A program made the translations under genes and the position numbers. Of a DNA stretch of 64,000 bases, positions 27,827-36,643 are shown piece by piece (within the stretch, counting starts at the first letter, position 1; the number at the start of each line of letters is the position of its first letter). Below the pieces are notes generated by a model that saw only the letters and a program-made list of their open reading frames with translations, made no database searches and was not told the origin of the DNA. Source of the stretch: Candidatus Latescibacterota bacterium (lineage in GTDB: Bacteria > Latescibacterota > UBA2968 > GCA-2709665). The DNA lies in assembly GCA_965219995.1 (NCBI GenBank), contig CBDCOX010000002.1, forward strand, positions 2,464,001-2,528,000, in the 5' to 3' direction.

Positions 27827-29520
27827 GATTCTTCGACTCCGCTCAGAATGACATGCGTCGTAATAACCAAAAGCGAGATGTTTCGGTCAACCCTTCGCCA
27901 AACTGTGACGAAGACGTTTCAAAGGTGGGGCGGGCACTCCTGTCTGCCGGCCTCGCGTCGTTCGGGCTTCCTCAATTCGGGCATTTCGACAAGCTCAATG
28001 ACCACGTATGGAAATGTTCAATGAACGTCATTGAGCCGCGAAATCGTTCCGTTCATACCCTCGCCCAACATGTCATCCTGAGGCGGCCGTTCTGCCTGCC
28101 GGCGGTTCATCGGCTGGCTGGCTGACGAAGGATCTACTGCGGCATCGCTTAAACCCGAGCGTCTTATATCATTCGCCCCGGGCTGGCAGGCGGCACGTTT
28201 GCGCCTACACGGTCGGGCTGAGCCGGCGCTAGAGAAACCAGGCCTCCGCGCATATGGGTCAGTGATGGCTTCCGCTACACTTCAAACCGAGAAGACGGGA
28301 GATTCTTCGACTCCGCTCAGAATGACATGCATTGCGATAGCCATTGGCGAGATGTTTCGGTCATACCTTCGCCAAACTGTGACGATGACGTTTTGAAGGT
28401 GGGGCGGACATTCCTGTCTGCCGGCCTCGCGTCGTTCGGGCTGCCTCAACGCGGGCATTTCGACAAGCTCAATGACCACGCGTTGTTAGGCAATCTCCGA
28501 TGTCGCTCAGAATGACAGACCGGCTGATCGCCAAACATGTCATCCTGAGGAAGCCGCCCTGCCTGCCAGCGGATCATCGGCAGGCTGGCTGACGAAGGAT
28601 CTACTGCGGCATCGCTTGATACCCGAGCGTGTTCTGTCATTCGCGGAGAGTTGGCAGGCGGCACGTTTGCGCCTACACGGTCAGGCTAAGCCGGCGCGAG
28701 AGAAACCATGCCTCCGCGCAAAGGTTTGTATTCAAAAGGCTTGCGCTACACGTCCCGTCGAGAAGACGGGAGATTCTTCGACTCCGCTCAGAATGACATG
28801 CATTGCGATAGCCATTGGCGAGATGTTTCGGTCATACCTTCGCCAAACTGTGACGAAGACGTTTCGAAGGTGGGGCGGACATTCCTGTCTGCCGGCCTCG
28901 GGTCGTTCGGGCTGCCTGAATGCGGGCATTTCGACAAGCCACTTCGGCAAGCTCAGTGCAAGCAATGACCACGCGTTGTTAGGCAAACTTCGATTTCGCT
29001 CAGAATGACAGGACGACCAACCGCCCAACCTGTCATCCTGAGGAAGCCGCCCAGCCTGCCGGCGATTCATCGGCAGGCAGGCTGACGAAGGATCTACTGC
29101 GGCATCGCTTAAACCCGAGCGTGTTCTGTCATTCACGGAGAGTTGGTAGGCGGCACGTTTGCGCCTACACGGTCAGGCTGAGCCGGCGTGAGAGAAACCA
29201 TGCCTCCGCGCATATGGGTCAGTGATGGCTTCCGCGGCACGTCAACCCGAGAAGACGGGAGATTCTTCGACTCCGCTCAGAATGACACGCGTCGTAATAA
29301 CCAAAAGCGAGATGTTTCGGTCATACCTTCGCCAAACTGTGACGAAGACGTTTCGAAGGTGGGGCGGACATTCCTGTCTGCCGGCCTCGCGTCGTTCGGG
29401 CTGCCTGAATGCGGGCATTTCGACAAGCTCAATGACCACGCGTTGGTAGGCAATCTCCGATGTCGCTCAGAATGACATGCGTTGCGATAGCCATTGGCGA
29501 ACCGCTGAGCCAACACCTTC
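27827..29520. repeat. ~3.5 tandem copies of a 471-489-bp composite palindromic unit
   Basis: gattcttcgactccgctcagaatgaca at 27827, 28301, 28772 and 29261; internal order of motifs conserved. Confidence 0.93.
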
Positions 29521-29588
29521 GGCGTAACTGGCATCCAGAGAAGGCCGAGAGGGTGGCCAGGCGTCCGCCTGGCGCAGGCAGGCGCCGG

Positions 29589-29663
29589 CCCTTCGACAAG
29601 CTCAGGGACCGCGCTCAATGTGGGACCGGCTCGAACACGGGCGGTTCGCGAACCGCCCCTACA
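29589..29663. repeat. REP-like palindromes (cccttcgacaagctcaggg; gggcggttcgcgaaccgcccctac)
   Basis: Perfect palindrome ending in CTAC (GTAG-family REP signature on the minus strand). Confidence 0.75.
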
Positions 29664-29731
29664 AAAAAACCGCGCGTCGTTGACGGCGAGCGGGGCACGT
29701 TGATGCGGTTATCAGGAAGAAAGGGAAGCCC

Positions 29732-30874
29732 ATGGATATCGCGGGGATTCGCGGCCGGATGCCGGGCCTGAAACACGGCGTTTACCTGAACACCGCCGGA
29801 ATCGGTCAGTCGCCGGTCAGCGTGAACGAGGCGGTCGCCGAGGGCTATCAGCAGTTGCGCGACGGCAGTGTCAGTACGAGCGACTGGTACGACGCAATGA
29901 CCAAGGCCCAGGACGAATTGCCGGCCGGAATCGCCGGCTTCTTCGGCGCCGATGCAGGGGAAATCGCGTTGACGATGAGCACCGGCGAAGGGTACGGGAT
30001 GGTGCTCAACGGGCTGCGGTGGCAACCGGGAGACGAGGTTCTCATTACCAATGAGGAACACCCGGTACCCCTCGAGGCCGCGCAGGGTCTGGCGGACCGG
30101 GAAGGGGCGATCATTAAGGTGGTCGAGATCGACCAGGACAAAGACCATTTTCTGGACCGGCTGGAGCAAACGATCACCCCGCGAACCCGGCTGATCTGTT
30201 TCAGCCATGTCACGACGGATTGGGGGACCCGGTTGCCCGCGCGCGAGATCTGCGAGCTGGCACGGGCCCGCGACATTCTCACGCTCTGGGATGGCTGCCA
30301 GGCCATCGGGCAGTTTCCGGTGGACCTGCATGAGATCGGCTGCGACTTCTACGCCACCAATTGCTACAAGTGGATGCTCTCGCCGATGGGTACCGGATTT
30401 CTCTACGTCAGGAAAAGCGCGCAGCAAGTCTTGAAGCCGCTGCGGCGGCCGCATGTTCCCAATGGTACGGCCCGGCAGTACGAGACGGGATCGCCGGCGC
30501 GCGCGCTCTACCTGGGTCTCGGCGCGGGTCTCGATTTTCTGGCCGGCATCGGCGGGCCGCAGGCCATCGCCGCGGAGGCGGGACCGAAAGCGGAATCGCT
30601 GCGCGAACGCTTCGACGCGATTCCCGGCGTGCGGGTCATCGGCTCACGCCGCGCCGAGACCCAAACCGGGATCGTCGCATTCGCTGTCGAGGGCATGGAA
30701 GGGAACGAAGTCTCTGACGCACTCCGGAACCGCTGGCAAATCGCCCAACGGGCGACCAACATCAACGAGCCTTCCGGTGTGCGGATTTCGGTGGCGTTCT
30801 ACACCACCGACTCGGAGCTGGATACGCTGGTCGAAGCGGTCACGACCCTGGCGGGCGAGATCGGGAATCGGTAA
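29732..30874 (+). CDS. Class V PLP-dependent aminotransferase (cysteine desulfurase/isopenicillin epimerase-like)
   Basis: YLNTAG, EEHP, WDGCQAIG, CYKWMLSPMGTG, RISVAFY. Confidence 0.9.
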   Translation: MDIAGIRGRMPGLKHGVYLNTAGIGQSPVSVNEAVAEGYQQLRDGSVSTSDWYDAMTKAQDELPAGIAGFFGADAGEIALTMSTGEGYGMVLNGLRWQPGDEVLITNEEHPVPLEAAQGLADREGAIIKVVEIDQDKDHFLDRLEQTITPRTRLICFSHVTTDWGTRLPAREICELARARDILTLWDGCQAIGQFPVDLHEIGCDFYATNCYKWMLSPMGTGFLYVRKSAQQVLKPLRRPHVPNGTARQYETGSPARALYLGLGAGLDFLAGIGGPQAIAAEAGPKAESLRERFDAIPGVRVIGSRRAETQTGIVAFAVEGMEGNEVSDALRNRWQIAQRATNINEPSGVRISVAFYTTDSELDTLVEAVTTLAGEIGNR

Positions 30875-30958
30875 CCGGTAAGAGGCTGAATCCCTTCACA
30901 CTTGTAGCTGGCGCAGCCCGTTCGCACCCTTGTTCAATCCGGCTGACAGAATCTTCAC

Positions 30959-31064
30959 TTGATTCCGGGGTCCCTTTCCTGTAGATTGTCACGTCGCGAT
31001 CATTCGACAATTGGACGCTCGTATAAACGACAATTGGACGCTATTGAAACCGACAAATGGACGC
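30959..31064 (+). promoter_or_regulatory. Sigma70-like promoter plus three 23-bp-period CGACAAWTGGACGC repeats overlapping the ATG
   Basis: TTGATT-17-TAGATT; repeats at 31005, 31028 and 31051. Confidence 0.78.
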
Positions 31065-32304
31065 TAACTGTTCCCTCTTTCCCCGCTCGCTGGCGCCTGT
31101 TCTTGGGGAGGCCCTGGCCGACACGCCGGTGGTCTGTCTCCTCGGACCGAGGCAAAGCGGGAAAACGACGCTCGTTCAGCAACTCGCGCCCGACCGCGCG
31201 TACGTCAGCCTGGACGATCAAAACTATTATCAGACCGCCCGGACCGATCCCTCCGGTTTCGTCGCCAGCCTGCCGGACGCGGTGACCCTGGACGAGGTGC
31301 AACGGGCGCCGGAACTGCTCCCCGCCATCAAGCGCGCCGTGGATCAGGACCGTCGTCCCGGTCGTTTCGTGCTGACCGGCTCGGCCAATCTGTTGCTGGT
31401 GCCAACGGTAACTGAATCCCTGGCCGGGCGGATGGAAATCGCGCAATTGCACCCGCTGACGGAATCCGAAAAAGAGCGCGCGCCGGGCCGCTTCCTCAGC
31501 GACCTGCTGAACGGCGCGATCAAACCGGGCATCCGGCCCGAGGCGGCGGCCGAAGCGCCCTCGCTGCAGGACCGACTGGTCGCCGGCGGCTATCCCGAGC
31601 CGCTGACCCGCGCGCCGGTCCGCTCCCGACAATGGCACCGTCAGTATCTGCGCAGCATCATCGATCGGGACGTGCAGGACGTGGCGCGGGTGAGAGATTC
31701 ACACGAGCTGGGTCGCCTGCTGGAGCTGTTGGCCCTTCGCAGCGCCGGATTGTTGAACACATGTAATCTGGCCAATGCCCTGGGCCTGCACCGGTCGACG
31801 GTAGATCACTACATCGCCGTCCTCGAACGGCTCTTTCTTGTGCGACGCCTGCCCGCGTGGCACCGAAACCCCACGAGACGGCTCATCAGAGCACCCAAGG
31901 TCCATCTCCTCGATAGCGGGCTGGCTGCAACCCTCGCCAACCTGACCGCGTACGACTGGCTGGGCAGGCGGGACCAGATGGGGCATCTGCTGGAGTCCTT
32001 TGTCGTACAGCAACTCATTGCCCAGGCCGCCTGGACGGAACCGGATCTGCGTTTCTGGCACTATCGCGACAAGGACCGGGTGGAAGTAGATGTGGTCATG
32101 ACCCGGGGTCGAAAGACATGGGGCGTTGAAGTCAAAGCCGCCCGTGGGATCAGCTCCGGAGACGGGAAAGGGCTTATTCGGCTCGCAGATCGTTGCGGCG
32201 AGGATTTCGAGTGCGGCGTGCTGCTCTACGCCGGCCGCGATCGACTCCCGTTGGCCGGCGAGCGCATACTCGCCGTGCCGCTGAGCGAATTGTGGGAGCG
32301 GTAG
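31057..32304 (+). CDS. AAA_14 ATPase with DUF4143 (wHTH plus C-terminal PD-(D/E)xK-like)
   Basis: GPRQSGKTT, LDEVQRAP, LTGSA, ESLAGR, GGYP, PKVHLLDSG, EVDVV..GVEVK. Confidence 0.92.
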   Translation: MDANCSLFPRSLAPVLGEALADTPVVCLLGPRQSGKTTLVQQLAPDRAYVSLDDQNYYQTARTDPSGFVASLPDAVTLDEVQRAPELLPAIKRAVDQDRRPGRFVLTGSANLLLVPTVTESLAGRMEIAQLHPLTESEKERAPGRFLSDLLNGAIKPGIRPEAAAEAPSLQDRLVAGGYPEPLTRAPVRSRQWHRQYLRSIIDRDVQDVARVRDSHELGRLLELLALRSAGLLNTCNLANALGLHRSTVDHYIAVLERLFLVRRLPAWHRNPTRRLIRAPKVHLLDSGLAATLANLTAYDWLGRRDQMGHLLESFVVQQLIAQAAWTEPDLRFWHYRDKDRVEVDVVMTRGRKTWGVEVKAARGISSGDGKGLIRLADRCGEDFECGVLLYAGRDRLPLAGERILAVPLSELWER

Positions 32305-32352
32305 GGCCTGCCCGTCGGCGGTGTTGATCGACCTGGCGAACGGACTCGCGAC

Positions 32353-32520
32353 TTGATTGCGGCGTTACAATTCTGTAAATTGTGTGGTTTCGTTCATTCG
32401 ACAAAAAGGAGCTTTCCGAACCGACAATCGGACGCTCCATTAACCGACAATTGGACGCACTATTAACCGACAAATGGACGATCACCGATTCTCATTCACT
32501 CGCACGTTGCCACCCGTTGT
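32353..32520 (+). promoter_or_regulatory. Second copy of the promoter, four 23-bp-period repeats and a paralog 5' stub
   Basis: TTGATT-17-TAAATT; repeats at 32399, 32422, 32445 and 32468; ATG 32474 MDDHRFSFTRTLPPV versus MDANCSLFPRSLAPV. Confidence 0.75.
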
Positions 32521-32598
32521 CCGGTTAGCGCCGGTCCACGGCAGCAAGCCTCTATTCAGGCTGACAAGAAGCGGCCGCCGAAGTTGGGAGACAGCACG

Positions 32599-32835
32599 AT
32601 GTCTGAAGACAGCGCATGGAATGAAACGCTGGTAAAAAAAGAGGTGATCTACCACATTGAATTAGACGGGCGGCTCTTTCTGATCGAAAACGTCCCGGCG
32701 CGAGTCAACGTCGAGACGGGCGAGAAGCACTTCTCACCGGAGACCGTCGAGCGGTTACAGCAAGTAGTGTGGGAACATTGCCGACCCGCTCGCACTATTG
32801 GCACCGCGGTTTATGAGTATACCGCCATCGCCTGA
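32599..32835 (+). CDS. YgiT-type/MqsA-N-like small protein (putative antitoxin, lacks the Zn cysteines)
   Basis: VIYHIELDGRLFLIENVPARVNVETGEKHFSPETVERLQ..VYEY. Confidence 0.8.
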   Translation: MSEDSAWNETLVKKEVIYHIELDGRLFLIENVPARVNVETGEKHFSPETVERLQQVVWEHCRPARTIGTAVYEYTAIA

Positions 32836-32949
32836 AGGGTCGGAGTGCAATACCGGGGTACAACGAGACTGGATCCGAGGCTGAATTGCCAGAGCTATCC
32901 GAATGCATGGCTCACGGCGACACGCAAAAAGCCGCGCTCAGACACGATA

Positions 32950-34491
32950 ATGAACAAAACGAACCTCTCAAACCTGGCCGCCCTTGGCGAAGGCTATACC
33001 ATCGAGTTCAAACGCTCGGGCACTTCCGGGCTTGGGCGTGAGATATGCGCCTTTGCCAATGCCACCGGCGGCGTGATCCTGATTGGCGTGGCCGACGATG
33101 GGGTGGTCTGCGGCGTTGCTGACCACAACCGCTTGAAATCCCGGGTCCAGTCGATTGCCCGCAGCGCGGAGCCGCCCATCGCGGTGGAGATCGAAAGCGT
33201 GGATGGAGTCCTCTGTGTGACCGTGCCCGCGCAGCACAGCAAGCCCTACTCTTTCGGAGGAAAGTTCTACATCCGCGAAGGGGCGAGCAGTCAGCAAATG
33301 TCACGTGAAGAGATTCGGGAATTCTTTTACAAGGAAGGGCTGATCCATTTCGACGAAACCGCGTGCGAAAGGTTTTCATTGGAGAGAGACCTTGATGAAG
33401 AGAACTGGTCCGTGTTTCAGCGCCGCGCGAAAATACCCGAGGATATGGATCCGGAGATCGCGCTTCGCAACCTGCACCTGATGGATGAAGATGGCCGGAT
33501 GACGCACGCCGGGGCCTGGTTGCTGGCCACGGACATCCGGAAGTTCAATATCAGCGCGGACGTCGCATGTGCGCTCTTCATGGGAACTGACAAGGTGCGC
33601 ATTCTCGACAGGCGCGACTTCCACGGCGACGTCTATACGATGATTGAAGAGGTGATGGCCTGGATTCTCTCCAAAATCAACATCGAGTACATCATTAAGC
33701 ACGTAAAGCGGGAAGAACGGCCGGAACTGCCCGAAGAGGCCATTCGCGAGGCGGTCGTCAACGCATTGGCCCACCGAGACTACCGTTCGACGGCCAATGT
33801 ACAGATTTACCTGTTCAATGACCGGCTCGAAATCGTCAGCCCTGGCGGGTTGCCCGCCGGCATGACGGAAGCGGATCTCGGTATCAAGAGCATACCGCGC
33901 AATCCGCTGTTGTTCGGCATCCTGCACCGCATGGAGGCGGTCGAGAGGATCGGTTCAGGCATTCGGAGAATCCGAGACCTGTGCCGTGAACACGGAGTGG
34001 CTGAGCCGCTGATCGAAGTGGCCGATTCGTGGGTGACGACGACCTTCAGGCGGCCGGTGACCGAGTCCCCGCAGGTAGCTGATGACAGGTCTGCACCAGG
34101 TCAATACCAGGTCGGCACCAGGTCGGCACCAGGTCGGCACCAGGTCACCGCACAAGTTGACAGAAATCTGCAGGAAGACTCTAACACCCTTTCGGACAAT
34201 ATGTTACATGTGATCTCCGGCGGCCTCAAGGACCTGACCGCACAAGTCACCGCACAAGTCACCGCACAGGTTGTCTGGCACTGCAGGCGACCCCGTTTTG
34301 CGAATGAGATTATGGAGTTCCTTGAATTGAAACACCGGAAGACTTTTCGGGCAAACTACCTTAAGCCGCTAATGAAAGCGGGATGGCTGGAAATGACCAT
34401 TCCGGATAAACCGACCAGCAGCAAGCAGAAATACAGACTGACGGGCAAAGGACAGCAGCTTCTGGAGGAGTTGGGAGATGACGGTGGCTGA
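32950..34491 (+). CDS. AlbA_2 (Schlafen-like) plus HATPase_c_4 plus C-terminal wHTH protein
   Basis: GEGYTIEFKRS, ICAFANATGG, REAVVNALAHRDY, SPGGLP, RNP, GSGI, TIPDKPTSSKQKYRLT. Confidence 0.9.
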   Translation: MNKTNLSNLAALGEGYTIEFKRSGTSGLGREICAFANATGGVILIGVADDGVVCGVADHNRLKSRVQSIARSAEPPIAVEIESVDGVLCVTVPAQHSKPYSFGGKFYIREGASSQQMSREEIREFFYKEGLIHFDETACERFSLERDLDEENWSVFQRRAKIPEDMDPEIALRNLHLMDEDGRMTHAGAWLLATDIRKFNISADVACALFMGTDKVRILDRRDFHGDVYTMIEEVMAWILSKINIEYIIKHVKREERPELPEEAIREAVVNALAHRDYRSTANVQIYLFNDRLEIVSPGGLPAGMTEADLGIKSIPRNPLLFGILHRMEAVERIGSGIRRIRDLCREHGVAEPLIEVADSWVTTTFRRPVTESPQVADDRSAPGQYQVGTRSAPGRHQVTAQVDRNLQEDSNTLSDNMLHVISGGLKDLTAQVTAQVTAQVVWHCRRPRFANEIMEFLELKHRKTFRANYLKPLMKAGWLEMTIPDKPTSSKQKYRLTGKGQQLLEELGDDGG

Positions 34492-34540
34492 CGACAGCGC
34501 ATGGAACGAGACGCTGCTTGCGTTTGGTAAGGCAATGAAT

Positions 34541-34627
34541 CCCCCCACCGCATCAGCCGTCGCCGGCCCTTCGACAAGCTCAGGGGACGGACTCGGCTTC
34601 TGCGACTCCCCCTCAAGGGGGGAGTGA
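34541..34627 (+). repeat. Dispersed palindromic element with nested cccttcgacaagctcaggg
   Basis: Matches the family. Confidence 0.85.
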
Positions 34628-34723
34628 TTGCACAGAGAAACGGGATCGCCGGTTCATTTCAATCGATCGAATTGCGGTTGAACAATGCGAAGCCGCAATC
34701 ATTCCCACAACCGGATAAACAGT

Positions 34724-34975
34724 ATGAAGACAACGCGCTATTTTGAGGAGCAGGTGCTGCGCAAGCGCCCGTACATCAATCCTCACTGGTGCGCTGACGT
34801 CATCGCTTCCCCACTACGACGTGAAATACAGCAGGACGGTCGTATCCGTTTTTGGGGCCAGGTCTCCCGCCCCGGAGAAGAGGAACCGCGTATTCTGCGA
34901 GTCGTGACTTTGGAAGACGGTGAGACAATCCACAACGCTTTCTTTGATCGCGGCTTTCGAAAGGAAGGGCCATGA
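34724..34975 (+). CDS. Putative RelE/BrnT-like (DUF4258-like) toxin
   Basis: QQDGRIRFWG..LRVVTLEDGETIHNAFFDR; ATGA-coupled to DUF2283. Confidence 0.72.
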   Translation: MKTTRYFEEQVLRKRPYINPHWCADVIASPLRREIQQDGRIRFWGQVSRPGEEEPRILRVVTLEDGETIHNAFFDRGFRKEGP

Positions 34976-35187
34976 AACTTCATTACTATCCCGAAACCGA
35001 TAGTCTGTACGTCGAGTTCAAATCCGGTCCGGGCACGGAAACGCGAGAGGTCGCTACCGGGCTGAATGTCGATCTCGACGCCAACGGAGACGTCGTAGGC
35101 TTCGACATCGACGCGGCTTCCAGGCGTCTTGACCTTTCCACGCTTGAAACGGAAGCGTTACCGGTACGCGCGTACAAGATGGGCTGA
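34972..35187 (+). CDS. DUF2283 domain protein (putative antitoxin)
   Basis: MKLHYYPETDSLYVEF..VDLDANGDVVGFDI. Confidence 0.88.
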   Translation: MKLHYYPETDSLYVEFKSGPGTETREVATGLNVDLDANGDVVGFDIDAASRRLDLSTLETEALPVRAYKMG

Positions 35188-35230
35188 CGGCTGTACGACC
35201 ATCGCTGAATGCTTACCCATGGAGTCCTCT

Positions 35231-36643
35231 ATGAAATCTGTCTTTGACCTCCGTCCGTACGTCCTCATCCTGACGGGCGTTTTCCTGTGTCTGTCCGCCC
35301 TGCCCTGCGATGGGAATCCTGCAGACGGACCCCGATTGACGCTGGAGGCGTGTCTGAGGCAGGCCCTGGCCAACAACCGGCAGTTGGCGGCGGCCGGATT
35401 TGCCGCCGAAAAGGCGAACTGGGACCGCAGGAACGCGTGGTCGCAGTTCGCGCCGAGGGTGAGCTTCAACACGGAGGTGACGCGGATTGACGAACAGACG
35501 CTGGCGGAGCGGGACTTTTCCAGGTACTTTCCACCCGAGATCCCCGTACCGCAAGTGGCGTTCCGGACCTCGTACTATTCGTCGTTCCAGGCGCACCTCC
35601 CCATCTTCGACGCGGAGCTGATCAACGGCGTTGCCGTCGCGACCACCGGACAGGCCGCGGCCGAACGGACACGGGAGGCCATCCGCGATCGAATCCTCTA
35701 TCAGGTCACCTCCGGGTACCTGGAAGTGCTGAAACGCCGCGCGACGCTCGAACTTCAGCGGGAATTTCTCGTCCTGACCGGCCTGAACGTCGAAAAAGCC
35801 GAGAGGATGCACCTTGCGGGGAGATATTCGAAGCTGGACCTGCTTCGGTGGCAGGTGGAACACCAGCAGCAGAAGAGCAGCGTGGCCGCGGGAGAGTCTG
35901 CCTTGCGCGATGCAACGGTTCGCCTGCGCCGGCTGCTCAACCTTCGTGCGCTGGAGACGGACGCGCTGGCGGACGCCGTCCCGGAGGTTCTCAACGCGGA
36001 GGCCACCCGGCTGGCGAATCTGTCTGAAGGTGAGATCCGGCGGCTGGCGGGCGTGGAGAACCGGACGCTGGTTGAAGGGAACGCGGTGCTGGCAGCGGCG
36101 GAACGGGACCGGGAACGCAGCCGCCTGGTCTACCGGGGGCAGGTTACGAGCTACCTGCCCGACGTGTCTCTCAGCTATTCGACGGCCTGGCGCAGAAACG
36201 ATACGCCGGCGCTGGACGACTACAGACCTTCTACGGTCATGGTCAATCTGTCGGTTCCCCTGTTTACGGGATTCCGAAACCTCTCGCGTCTGAAGTCGGC
36301 ACAGTTCAGCTATCTGGCGCAGGATTCGCGCTTCTCCGATCTGGTGGACGAAACCCGGCAGTCGCTTGGCGAGACGGTCAACCGGATCGTCAATCTGAAG
36401 AATCAGCGCCAACTGATCTCGACCAGCCTTGCGTTCAACGAAAACAACTATCGGATCGTCTCCCGGGAAAAGACGCTGGGGCGGGCATCGAATCTGGACG
36501 TCATCGATGCGAAGCTGAACCTGCAGAACGCCCGGCTGCTGGAGATCACAACGCGATTCGACCTGGCCTCAGCGGCGGTCGAATTTCACTACCTGATGGG
36601 CAGCCTCGACGGTCTGGTCGAGGAAATGGTGGAGTCGGAATGA
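35231..36643 (+). CDS. TolC-family outer membrane efflux protein
   Basis: LTLEACLRQALANN; two OEP repeats; start position uncertain. Confidence 0.88.
   Translation: MKSVFDLRPYVLILTGVFLCLSALPCDGNPADGPRLTLEACLRQALANNRQLAAAGFAAEKANWDRRNAWSQFAPRVSFNTEVTRIDEQTLAERDFSRYFPPEIPVPQVAFRTSYYSSFQAHLPIFDAELINGVAVATTGQAAAERTREAIRDRILYQVTSGYLEVLKRRATLELQREFLVLTGLNVEKAERMHLAGRYSKLDLLRWQVEHQQQKSSVAAGESALRDATVRLRRLLNLRALETDALADAVPEVLNAEATRLANLSEGEIRRLAGVENRTLVEGNAVLAAAERDRERSRLVYRGQVTSYLPDVSLSYSTAWRRNDTPALDDYRPSTVMVNLSVPLFTGFRNLSRLKSAQFSYLAQDSRFSDLVDETRQSLGETVNRIVNLKNQRQLISTSLAFNENNYRIVSREKTLGRASNLDVIDAKLNLQNARLLEITTRFDLASAAVEFHYLMGSLDGLVEEMVESE

Noticed and set aside
27853-29771. Repeated small ORFs within the 475-bp array
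   Set aside because: Frames and stops differ between units; they are translations of palindromic non-coding repeats.
31005-32481. Mini-CRISPR interpretation of the 23-bp-period repeats
   Set aside because: A 14-bp core with 9-bp gaps is far too short, and the repeats overlap the promoter/start region.
24860-35187. Integron cassette array
   Set aside because: No integrase, and no convincing attC (RYYYAAC...GTTRRRY) sites between the small genes.
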